Part shown: piece by piece, positions 1 to 11,541 of the stretch | Position numbering within the stretch: the first letter of the stretch is position 1 | Layout of the letters: the number at the start of each line of letters is the position of its first letter | NCBI GenBank assembly: GCA_051294375.1 | Contig: CM119270.1 | Span: 18,485,382-18,549,381 of the forward strand | Source: Paraspadella gotoi | Lineage: Eukaryota; Animalia; Chaetognatha | DNA: 64,000 nucleotides | Direction: 5' to 3' | The notes under the pieces: generated by a model | The model's input: the letters and a program-made list of their open reading frames with translations, nothing else | Databases searched by the model: none | Told to the model about the DNA's origin: nothing | Made by a program: the position numbers and the translations under genes

Positions 1-1467
1 GTTAAGCATAAACGTTAAATAAATTCCGCTAATCACAGGATTGGGATGCAAAACTTAGAAAACGATTTCGTAGTTATTTCTTATTATTGCTTGACAAAAA
101 TGAAAAATATCAGATCACACAAAAATGTCAATAACAACAAAGTTTAAAATAAAAAAAAGAATCACAAAAAAAGAGGATTCTTATTTTTTACTGTTTAAAA
201 TTCATTTCCTTTTTACCTCAACTTCTTCTTTTCTTCTTTTCTTTTCTTTCCTTCTTTTCTTCTTTTCTTCTTTCATTTTCACGCTACAACGAATGGGAAG
301 AAAGATTTCAAGCGAAGAAAATCCATGGGCTGAAAAAAGGCTTAAGGTCGTAAACAAACAAACAACAAAAAAGTGGCACTATTTTACGAAAGCGCCCAAT
401 TTCTGCTCCTATTCCCAGAACTTAATTAAAACCTTAAAATTTAACCTTAATTTTTTTTAAAATAGTTAATCCAATCATTAAACTTAATCAATGGTCTTAA
501 CCTAATCTTTAACCTGAATCCATAATTCTAATCTTTAAACCTTAACTCTAATCCTTAACCTTAACCTAATTCAAACTCGTAACCTAATCTTTAAACCTAT
601 AAATCAACTTGGATCCAAATTTAAGCTGAAAAGGGGACCTTTCGGAAAAGATGGATAAAAAGGTTCCAAAAAAAAAAGTGTTGTTTTTTTAATTTGTTTA
701 TTTATTTCTGCGTCCTAGAGAGAAAAACTAAGTAATACAAGAACTGGGATTTATTTTCCTTTTTTTTTTTTGGAACCTTTTTATCCATCTTTTCCGAAAG
801 GTCCCCTGTTTCAGCTTTAAATTTGGATCCCAAGTTTGATTTATAGGTTTAAAGATTAGGTACGAGTTGAATTAGGATTAAGGTTAAGGATTAGATGTAA
901 GGTTTAAAGATTAGAATTATTGGATTCAGGTTAAAGATTATGTTAAAGACCATTTGATTAAGTTTAATGATTGTATTAACTATTTTTAAAAAAAAAATTA
1001 AGGTTAAATTTTTAAGGTTTTAATTAAGTTCTGGGAATAGGATGCAGAAATTGGCGCTTTCGTAAAATAGTGCACTTTTTGTGTTTTGGTTTTGTTTACG
1101 ACCTTAAGCCTTTTTTCATCCCATGGCATTTTTTCTTCCTTTTGAAATTCTTTTCTTCCCATTCGTGTTAGCGTGAAAATGAAAAAGAAAAGAAGAACAA
1201 GAAGGAAAAATAAAAGAAAAGAAGAAAAGAAGAAGTTGAGGTTAAAAAGGAAATGAATTTTAAACAGTAAAAAAATAAGAATCCTCTTTTTTAGTGATTT
1301 CTTTTTTTTATTTTAAACTTTTGTTGTTATGACATTTTTGTGTGATCTGATATTTTCATTTTTTTTGTCAAGCCAATAAGTAAGAAATAACTACGAAATC
1401 GTTTTTCTAAGTTTTGCATCCCAATCCTTGTGATTAGCGGAAATTTATTTAACGTTTTATGCTTAAC
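1..1467. repeat. long inverted repeat (arms ~1-678 and ~759-1467, ~80 bp spacer)
   Basis: gttaagcataaacgttaaataaatt at position 1 is the reverse complement of 1442-1467, and the match continues inward with mostly single-base indels. Confidence 0.92.
375..655 (-). mobile_element. MITE-like element, same family, inside the palindrome arm (mirror copy ~783-1072)
   Basis: GGCACTATTTTACGAAAGCGCCCAATTTCTG...ccttaaccttaacctaa...AAGGGGACCTTTCGGAAAAG. Confidence 0.55.
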
Positions 1468-2695
1468 ACCTGTATATTAAATATTTGCGGTTTGTATTAA
1501 TTATAAAACCAGTTTTTAATTCCCGTTTAGACGATTTAAATATTTTCAAGGTCTAGCCAAACGGGTTTTATCTGTGCTGTTTCCTCCCCCAGTTTCTCCC
1601 CCCGCCCCGCCCACCGACCCCCCCCTCGACCCCCCCCCCGAAACCCCCCCCTCTTTCGACTTTCGCTCTCTCCTTTTTCTCTTCCAATTCATTTTCATAT
1701 TCAATTTCATTATGGCGAGAACCATTCGCACTTGATAAACGACCACCTCGTTGAAATGAATACAGAGTTCTTTTCCAGTTGCCATTATAATAAATGAAAA
1801 ATTAAATCTTTTTTTTCTGGAATCCGAAATTATATAATTTCGGGGGTTTTTGGTAGGAAAAGGTTTTTTTTTCGGAAATCGTAGTTTTTTTTTTTAAAAC
1901 AACGCGAACTGTTGAAATATATATTATTAAATATACTTTATATTCGACTAAGTCTTTAACCAAAAAAAATTTTACCCTTTAACTAGACCCTCTTTCGAAT
2001 ATTAGAGCTGAAAAATATGTGAAATAAACATTGTATTCACTAAAATTAACGCGCGGCGCCACCATCTCAATTCGCCAGACGTCTCGAACCCGACGTCTGC
2101 TCTTCCGAAGTGCAGCGAGCGGAATGAAACGTGACCGAAATCGCGAGCCACCTTACGCTGATTCTGCTGCTTCTCCTGACGCCGCTTGACGCTGTCGCCT
2201 TTTCGTTGTTTTTTGTCTCGTTGTTGTTCTTGAGGCGAACGTTCGATGGTCGAAAAAACGCCCGGGTGATCAGCAAAATATGATGGAAGAAAGGAAAAGG
2301 AAAAATGAAAAGAAACGGAAAGGAATAACGGGAATTACCGGCACGGCTGGTCGGCGGGGATGTTCTCACAAATTTGGATGGGGGCGGTACGTGAGCGACC
2401 GGAAAACAAGTACGGACAGATTGCGCACTCAAATCTTCATTTTCTCGTTTCTCCATTCGCTTCTTCTGTTTTTTTTTAATCTCATGCATCCGAAACGGAC
2501 AGCCCCGTCGTTGTCACGCCGTAGCAATACGCCACGTTTCGAAACGCCCTTTCGTGACACGTGTCGAGTGTGACTCCCCTAGGTAACGCCCAAGAGGACA
2601 AAGCCCCTGCGTTTGTTGCGGCGACGGACCAGCGTCCCGTGGTCATCGCGACCTTGGCACAATGGCACGTAGCTTTTTTGTAGCAAACAATAAGC

Positions 2696-3491
2696 GGACT
2701 TATTTTTCCAAGAACGACCCATTTTATCTTACAATTTCTGAAATTTTTCATTAAAGATTAGGTTAAAGGTTAAGGATTAGATTAATTATTAAGATGAAGG
2801 ACTTAGTTTCCCTTTGTTATTTAGGGTTAATCATTTGGTTAGGGAAACTAGTTATTTAAAGGTTTAGGGTCAAAAAATCAATTATAAGGCGTTAAGAGTT
2901 AGGGCTCAGGAATTTAAATGAGGGTATAGGGATTAGTTTTTAGGGATTGATTTTGTCAGAGAGTTGCCCGCTCTGCCGGACGTCCCTTCATCTTCCGCCC
3001 CATCGCGCCACAACTTGGAGTAGCAGGAAGCTGGCGTCAGTCTACAGCGTCGTCCACTTCGTTAAGACCGCAAGTCCGAAGGCCTGTTAGCCCAGTTCAT
3101 AGCAACCGCAAGCCGGTCTTGTGGCTTCGTGAGGGCTCTTAGCCCTCTGACCTAAAAAAGTCTATCTGAAAATGGTGAACAGATGGTGACGTGATTAGTG
3201 ACGTGGCTACTTTGCTGACTTACCGCGGTTAAAAAGGCCGTTGTGGACAGGCTTAAGAAGCCAATAGTCTACATTCTTTTGAACTAGAGAGAAAAGTGGA
3301 GGGAAAGTAAGCAAAAAGCGGAACTCTATCAGATGCTATGAAAAAACTATAGGAAAAAGCAAAAGAGCAATGACAATATTCTTCTATAGATTTTATTAGT
3401 TTAAAATATATTAGAATTTCAATATTTAAAAATTAAAATAAATTTTTGGGAAAAACGATCAAAAAATGGAGACTCTTCGGAAAAGAGAGCC
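2696..3491 (+). mobile_element. MITE-like element, same family, interrupted by a ~450 bp insert
   Basis: Left end GGACTTATTTTTCCAAGAACGACCCATTTTATCTT, ttagg core at 2750-2950, unrelated block at ~2960-3400, right end GAGACTCTTCGGAAAAGAGAGCC at ~3470-3491. Confidence 0.55.
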
Positions 3492-4223
3492 CCAATAAAC
3501 GACATGCTACATGGCACCTTAGAGCATTTAGCGCCCATCCTGCCGAACCTTTCACTGCGATATCTCTTTATCCATTGGGATGAAGTTCTAAAGGTTTTCA
3601 GTAGGAGCTTGAAACTTTTAAAAACAAAAGACAATAAATACTATATTTAATCTGATACCAACGCTGGTTTCCGTTTCATGTTCGTCAACCCTTTCCCCAC
3701 CGGCCCTCACCTCCATCGCTTCTGTATAGAAATTCATTTCAGTTTCATTCTCTCTGTTATGAATGTTTACGAAGTTCAAAATAAATCGATAAACTGACCG
3801 ACCACCGATAATTCTTCTATGAAGCGCGTCAGTAGCGAGCTAAAAAAAAAAGTAATTTCGGTCTTTCGACAGAGTCAACGGTCGCCAACCAACAAGCTCG
3901 CGTTGAATTGAACTCTGGCAAATATTTATATCTTTTGTTAGTATCTTTTCGTTTAAACTTTTGATTTATTTTCTCGAGGTTTTATCCTCCACTTTGTAAA
4001 ATAATAAATGATTAATGGATAATATTTTATATAATCATCCTTCTTTATTTAATCTTCCTTTTGTTTTATCTTAATCTTAATTCTAATCTTAATCTTAATT
4101 CTTAGGCTTAATCACCCTTTCCAAGCTGAAGTTTTTTTTTGGGTTTTGCTATTTTATCCCACGAATAAGAATCGCTTCACTTTTCTCTTCTTGATATCGA
4201 TGTCACTTTTTTTGCTTTTTCCA

Positions 4224-4335
4224 TTTTTTAGTTGCTGCCGCAGTATAGCGGGCCCGGGCAACTCTATAGTCACTTTTTGGTCGGTCTTACGTCTGTCGGT
4301 CGGTAATCTGTCCGTCGGTCTGTCCGCATTACGTT
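4224..4335 (+). mobile_element. HINE/DINE-1-like non-autonomous Helentron 5' end
   Basis: T-run, then AGTTGC...GCAACT inverted pair, CTATAGTCACTTTT and a GTCG/GTCY microsatellite; the layout is typical of HINEs. A related copy lies at 40170-40250 (-). Confidence 0.5.
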
Positions 4336-4951
4336 GCAAAACGCTTTATAACTTGCCTATAGTTCGTTTCTCATTAGTTGAAAGTTGAAACTATATATAA
4401 GCGACTACTTTGCGCCACCTTTTTGTTTTAAATAAAATGTTATAAACTTTAAGGAATAAAAGATGGTGATTTACGATGCAGAGCGTGTTCGTATATAAAG
4501 AAAAATCCGAAGGATAAGAGAAATTAAAATAAAAGTAATGCGGCGCAACACATTGAATAACGTTTCTTGTTCTTTCTGTTTCACCACTGCCTTTATTTTT
4601 GTGATTTTTTTATCCCAAAAAATAGTTTCACCTTCTTATTCACTCGGTTTCTTTTCGCTTTTCGTTCCCTTTGTTTTTGTTTTTGATCTCTTCTCTTTTT
4701 TTNNNNNNNNNNNNNNNNNNNNNNNNNAAAAAACCGCTTAACAAAACGTTCCCTTCTCACAAACGACAATAATGTTTTTAAAACTCCTGAGAAACTTTTC
4801 AATGTCGATTTGGAACCTCTCTCTCTCTTTGGGACCCGTCTCGCGTCGGTCAGGAGTCGATGAGGCGTCGGTCCGGAATAAATGTGACGTTGCCGACAAA
4901 TGGGGCGGAAAATGCAAAAAAAGGCGGACGCGGAACCATGGATGATGGTGG

Positions 4952-4977
4952 CATCATCATCATCATCGTCATCATCG

Positions 4978-5027
<50 letters not shown>

Positions 5028-5036
5028 GTCATCATC
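4952..5036. repeat. (CAT)n microsatellite
   Basis: Direct inspection. Confidence 0.95.
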
Positions 5037-6634
5037 GGCGACACGTTCACCCGCTGATCTCGAGTGTTTTCACATTCACGGACATCAATCACTTAGGCGA
5101 GAGTGAAGCAAACAAACTAATACTTCTGCCCGGGGGTATTAATTCTTGGATATCAAGCTTAGGACATTAGCTTGTGTAATAAACGCATACGCATACGCAT
5201 ACTTTTTTCCTAATGCAATGTTTCATATAATTATTAAAACTATTCCATTTTTCGTATTACTAAAAAAAGGTACTTCGTTTCTTTCGTAAAATAATTATAT
5301 ATGAACATAACAGTGAATTTGTTATTGTATCTCTTCAGTCTTCAGTATTTACTGATTACGATATAATTTTGTGCCGTCACGAGTATCAAAGGAGATTAAA
5401 AAAAAAGGCTTTTTTATCCAGAGTTATTGAAACAGAAGAAAAAATATGAAAAAATTATTGATGCATAAAATGAGATAAACTCTCTCTCTCTCTCTCTCTC
5501 TCTCTGCTCGTCTCTCATCTCTCTCTCTGCTCTTTCTCTCTTTGGCAAAAAGAATTCCCCACATCTAGCAAATGAGGCGGCGTCTTTTTGCCTTGCACTC
5601 TACCTGAAGCGTTTCCAACGTCGCCCACCGTTTAAGGTCTGAAGAGAAAGGGTTAAGGGGGGAGAGCGAGTAGTGACGGGGTAGAGGGGGTAAAAAGGGG
5701 GTTAAAGGGGGTAGCCACTTGGCTGCGAGTGGCGGCGAAAAGAGGAAACGGGAAATTCACGCCCTAATCGGGCGAAGCGATGGAACCGGAAAGGAAAAGA
5801 GAGAAAAATCAATGGAAGGAAAGAGAAAGAGAGAAAAAAAAAGAAAAGGAAATCGAATGGAGAGGTGAGAGAGAACTAATGGCGGAAAAGGGAATGAGAA
5901 AGGCTGAAGAGAAGTAAAAGAAAAGTAAAAGGATGAAAGATAGAAAAGAGAAGAAAAAGAGTAAAAGACTGGGTCACAAGCGTTTGAAAGCCCTCGAATA
6001 TCGACCACGCGCCAAATATTAATAATGAATAATGAATATTAATAACAGCAATCGCGAACCGCGGCAAGTCATAAAGAGGGACACGAAATTAATAACCAAT
6101 AAAACGGAAGAGAACGATCCGTTACTTCGTCGCGAATTTCGAGCGCTGTGATTGGTCGATTCGTTTCGAACAACGATTGGAGCGAGGCGATTATCAAACT
6201 AATTTCGACGCAATGAGAGAGAGAGAGAAAGCCGAGCAGAGTGACAACTCATCGGGATCTCTTGGGAGGTCACTGGAGAAGGGGGTTCTAATTAAAGCCT
6301 TGATGAAGGCTGAATAAAGGCAGAGTAAAGGTAAAGTAAAGGCAGAATGATGCAATGAACAACCTTAGATAAAGGCGGGCCTTGGGGCAAGAAAAGAACT
6401 CTTATAAAATCGGAAAAAAGACGCAGCCAAGGGCTAAAATAAAGGCCTCTCGAAAAAGGCCAAAACAAGGATGTTGATAAAAAGGATATTATTTTTACGA
6501 GGCAGGAAATTTAATCCATCCCATTCCCAGGTGTCGCATTGAGGCCTCGGTGGGAAAATTCTTCCACCAGGGACGTCTCCTCGGATAATCTCCAAATCCC
6601 CAAATCCCCAAATCCTTCCCCGAATTCTTCTCAC

Positions 6635-6992
6635 CTCGACGAGACGCTGCATCCCAGCGAAGGTTCCTTGGGGTGGGCGTGGCCGGGACCCTTGGAGGAT
6701 GAGTGATGTCCCGAGGATCGAGTAGCACCGGATAAGGAATGCGGCGGGCGAAAGTCGGGGCGGCGGAGGCTCGTAGCCATCGTCCCCCCGCCGTAGTAGT
6801 ATTTGAGGCACTCTGGCTGTGGGTGGTGGTGAATGAAGGGTGGGTGTGGTGCAAAAGGGTGGGGGTAGCGGTGGTGGTGAGGTCGACCGACGAAGGCCGG
6901 AGGGAGCTCGAGGGCCGGAGGTGGGTGAAGATCCCGACGGCGGCGTACGCCGGCCTTTTTGCCTTTGGAATCCGCAGAAAGGAGGCGTCTCC
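6635..6992 (-). CDS. probable downstream low-complexity (Pro/His/Thr-rich) exon of the SRCIN1/KIAA1217-like gene
   Basis: ccccttctccag| acceptor and |gtgaga donor around a GC-rich block open in all three minus frames. The true frame is uncertain and the gene probably continues toward the left. Confidence 0.5.
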
Positions 6993-7853
6993 CTGGAGAA
7001 GGGGGGGGGGAGGGGTAGAGAGGGGGGAGAGGGATGAAGGAAAGAAAATAGCAATGTATAATTGTATATACTATATACATTAATTTCTAAAGAAACAATG
7101 AAAGTCTGAATGGGTAAAATCGTTTAGACGAGGGAAGGCGAGGGACGTAGNNNNNNNNNNNNNNNNNNNNNNNNNAGGAGAGAAAGCGAGGAAGAAAGCA
7201 GAAAGACACGAGAAAGAGAGAGGAGAGAGAAAAGAGAGAGAGAGAAACGAGAGGAGAGAGAGAGAGGGAGCAGAGAGACGAGAGAAGATGAGAAAAGAGA
7301 AAGAGATGGAGACGAGAGGTAGAGGAGGGAAAAGAGAGAGGAAGAGAGAAAAGAAAGAGGGAAAGAGGGAGAAAGAGAAAGAGGAAAGAGGGAGAAAGAG
7401 AGAGGAGAGACGAGAGAAGAGAGAGAAAAGGCGCCAAAAGAATTTCTCCGCGAGGCACGACGCGAGATATATCGAGTCGACCAAAGTCTCCCTCTATTTT
7501 TTGGGTTCGTCCGCTTTCGGACGACAAATGCCCTCTTGATGCACACGCATACTGTCGATGCCGGTAGATCGCCGTAGCTGCCGCCCGATTCCCCGGGGGC
7601 AACAACCAAAAATAGCCGAGCTCGTGCATATTAATCGAAAATAGATTGCGAAAACTACAATCGACTAAATTAAATTTATAAAACATATCTCTTTTACAAT
7701 CGTATCTTTTATGCAACAAACTCTATCATATACTCACCTCCCTCACCGTTCAGCACCCAAGCCAACCCCACCCGCCATCAACGCGGCCATCGAGACGCTC
7801 TTTTGTCCCCCTCCTCAGAACTCAAAACAATTTCCTCCTTCCCGGCCCCACTA

Positions 7854-10735
7854 TAGTGGTTACAGGGAGGTAGCGAGCTGTATGAAATTTTCTGCTTGTC
7901 CACCTTTACTATGGCTTCTAGTGTAGTGGTTTACAGGTGAGGTAGCGAGGGCTGTATGAAATTTTCTGCTGTCCAACCTTACTTATGGCTCATAGTGTAG
8001 TGGTTAAGGTGGTAGCGAGGCTGTATGAAATTTCTGCTGTCCACCTTTACTATGGCGCTTCATAGTGCTAGTGGCTTACAGGTGGACGGGTTTAGCGAGG
8101 CTGTTATGAAATTTCTGCTGTCCACCTTACTATGACTTCATGTGTAGTGGTTACAGGTGGGGGGGGTAGCGAGGCTGATGAAATTTCTGCGTCCACCTGT
8201 ACTAGGCTCATAGTGTTAGTGTACAGGTGGTTTTAGCAGGCCTGTAGTGAAATTTTCTGCTGTTCCACCTTACTATGGCTTCATAGGTAGTGGTTACAGG
8301 GGGTAGCGATGCGTATGAAAATTTTCATGCTGATGCCACCTACTCATGGCTTCCATAGTTGAGAGTGGTACAGTTGATCGGGTAGCGAGGCTGTATAAAT
8401 TTTCTGCTGTCCACCTTACTATGCTTCCATAGTTGTATTGTATTGGTTACAGGTGGAAGGTAGCGAGGCTGCTATGAAATTTTTCTGCGTCCACCTTACA
8501 TTATGGCTTCATAGTGTAGTGGTACAGACGGTGGTGGATAGCGAGGGATGAAATTTTTCTGCACTGTCCACCTTACTTATGCTTCATAGTGTAGTGGTTA
8601 CAGGTGGAGGGTAGCGAGGCTGTATGAAATTTCTGCGTCCACCTTACTATGGCTTCATAGTGTAGGTTACAGGTGGGACGTGGATAGCTGATGCCTGTAT
8701 GGAAATTTCTGCTTGTTCCACCTACTATGGCATCATAATGGTAGCTGGTTACAGTGCGTGCCGTAGCGAGCTGATAATGAAACTTTCTGCTGCTCCACCT
8801 TACTATGGCCTCATAGTTGCTGTCGGTACAGGGCGGTCAGGATAGCGAGGCTGTAATGAAATTTTCGTGCTGTCCACCTTACTATGGCTTTATAGATGTG
8901 AAGTGGTACAGGTGGGTTAGCAGCTTTTGAAATTTTCTGCTGGGTCCACCCTACTATGGCTTCAATAGTGTACGTGATTACAGGTGCGTTGGGTAGCGAG
9001 CTGTATGAAATTTCTGCCTGTTCCACCTTACTATGCGCTTCATAGTTGTAGTGGTTACAGTGGTAGCGAGGCGCTATGAATTCTGTCTGTCCACCTTTAA
9101 CTATGGCTTCATAGTGTAGTGGATTACAGGTGTAGGAGGCTGTATGAAATTTTCTGCTGTCCACCTTACTGATGTTCATAGTGTGTGCTTACAGGTGGCG
9201 TCCGGTTAGCGAGGCTGTATGAAATTTTTCTGCTGGCCACCTTACTATGGCCTTCATAGTGTAGTGGTTACAGGTGGCGTGCCGGTAGCGAGGCTGTATG
9301 AATTTCTGCTGTCCCACCTCTACTATGGCCTCATAGCTAGTATGTACATCTGTAGTGGTTTACAGATTGGCCGGTAGGCGAGGCGTATGTATGAAATTTT
9401 CTGCTGTCTCACGCTTCACTATGGCTTGCATAGGCTGTAGCTGGTACAGGGTTGGCGGTAGCCGGAGGGCTGCTATGAAATTCCCTTCTAGCTTGTCACC
9501 TTACTATGGCTGTCATAGTGTTTATTGGTTAGCAGTGGTAGGGCCCCGGAGGGTAGCGAGGCCTGTATGAAATTTTCTGCTTCCACCTTACTATGCGCTT
9601 CATAGCTTAGTGGTACGGTGAGTAGCGAGGCCCTGTATGAATTTTCTGCTCTGTCCACTTACTATGGACTCATAGATGTAGGTTCACCAGGTGGTAGCAG
9701 GCTGTATGAAATTTTCTGCTGTCCACCTATCCTAGGCTTCATAGTGGTGGTTACAGGGGTGCGGTAGCGAGGCCGCTATGTAAATTTTCTGGGCTGTCCA
9801 CCGGTTAGCTACTATGGCCTTGACATCTAGTGTAGTGGTTACAGCGTGGGCCCTGGGCTAGCGAGCAGGCTGTAATGAAATTTTCTGCATGCACCTTACT
9901 ATGGACTTCATAGTATTGTAGTGGTACAGAGTGCGGTTATAGCGATCGCGTGTATGATAAATTTTCTGCCTGTCCACCTTACTATGGCTTCAAGTTAGCT
10001 CAGTAGGTACAGGTGGGTTAGCGAGGCTGTATGAAATTTTCTGCTGCTCCACCTACTATGGCTTCATTAGGTGTAGTGGTACAGGGAAGAGGTAGCGAGG
10101 CCTGTATGAAAATTTTCTTGCTGTCACTACTATGGCCTTCATAGCTTGTAGTGGGTTACAGGCTGAAGGGTAGCGAGGCTGTAAATTTCTGCTGTCCACC
10201 CTTACTATGCTCTCATAGTGTTAGTGTGTACAGGTGCCGGGTGAGACAGGCTGTATGAAATTTTCTGCTGTTCCAACCTTACTATGGCTTCATAGTTGTA
10301 GTGGTTACAGGCTGAGGGTCAGCGCAGGTCCTGTATGAAATTTTCTGCTGTCCACCTTACTATGGGTATAGTGTAGTGGTACAGGTGGTTAGCGAGGCTG
10401 TATGAAATTTCTGCTGTCACCTTACTATGGCGATTCATAGTGTAGTGATTACAGGTGGAAGGTAGCGCGAGGCTGATGAAATTTTCTGCTGTCCACCTAC
10501 CTATGGCCTTATAGCGTAGTGTACAGGTGAGGAGCCGAGGCTTGCTATGAAATTTTCTGACCTTGTCCACCTACTAGGTTCCATGTGTAGTGGTTACAGG
10601 TGGGTAGCGAGGCTGTATGAATTTTCTGCTGTCCACTGCTTACGTATGGCTTCAAGATGTTGTAGTGGTTAACAGCTGCGCGGTAGCGGAGGCAGCTGCT
10701 ATGAATTTCTGCTGTCCACGCCTTACTATGGCTAC
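7854..10735. repeat. tandem satellite, ~38 copies, consensus ~69-72 bp (mean period ~76 bp)
   Basis: Consensus GTAGCGAGGCTGTATGAAATTTTCTGCTGTCCACCTTACTATGGCTTCATAGTGTAGTGGTTACAGGTG; all copies head-to-tail, with heavy random indels. Confidence 0.95.
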
Positions 10736-10884
10736 TCATTATGCACCACGGGGCTTTTTACGCCCTTCCGCGGGCCCCGACCGGCGGGACGGCCCTGATA
10801 TTTTCAAATCAAAGTTCATGAACACGGAGACGACCGGGTTTAAAAAAACGGGCGAGGACGTGAGACGTTTGCGAATGGCGCTGC

Positions 10885-10951
<67 letters not shown>

Positions 10952-11541
10952 GCCCTGCCTTCGACAACGAATCGCATCGACGATGATTTACGATTTAGGT
11001 AGGAGAAGAATCATTACCGAAGAGAGAAAGAGGAAGAAGAGAAGAGAAAAGAGAAGAAGAGGAAAGATAGAAGAGAAGAAGAGAAGACAAGAAGAGTAGA
11101 AAGAGAAAAGAAAAGAAGAGAAGAGAGAATGAGACTTTTGATTTCCCAATTTGGATCCTTTTTTTGAAAATTTCATTCGTTTTGGATTTTGGAAAAAAGA
11201 AAAGAAGAATGTGGTTGCAAAATTAGAGGAAAAAACGTGAGGTTAATTACAAGTTCAATAATGAAATTCGCAATTTGATATTTATTAGCGAAAAAAAGGG
11301 AAAAGAGTAGAAAAAAAAGAAACGGCCAGTCCAAGATATCGCGCCTCATTGACTTCGTTACGAACACGCTTTCACTCTATCCTGTGACCACACAAGTATG
11401 ACTCATAAGTGAATGATAGTTAATGATTAACAGTTAATGACAGTTTTCGATGAAGTAGTAAATATCTGGTCACGTGAACTCTTGTGAAAAGAAAGAAGGA
11501 AAGAAAAAAAAAGATTCCCTTTTTCCCCTCCAACGACTCAC

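Noticed and set aside
2067-2489. Minus-strand ORF as a possible terminal exon
   Set aside because: No recognisable homology or convincing splice acceptor.
7854-10735. CRISPR-like array (constant repeat plus variable segment)
   Set aside because: The repeat is ~65 bp and the variable part only 0-12 nt and related between copies; the context is a eukaryotic intron with no cas genes.
7854-10735. Tandem tRNA genes or hammerhead/twister ribozymes
   Set aside because: No GTTCRA T-loop or cloverleaf. The consensus is CTGTATGA rather than CTGATGA, and no hammerhead or twister core could be assembled by eye.
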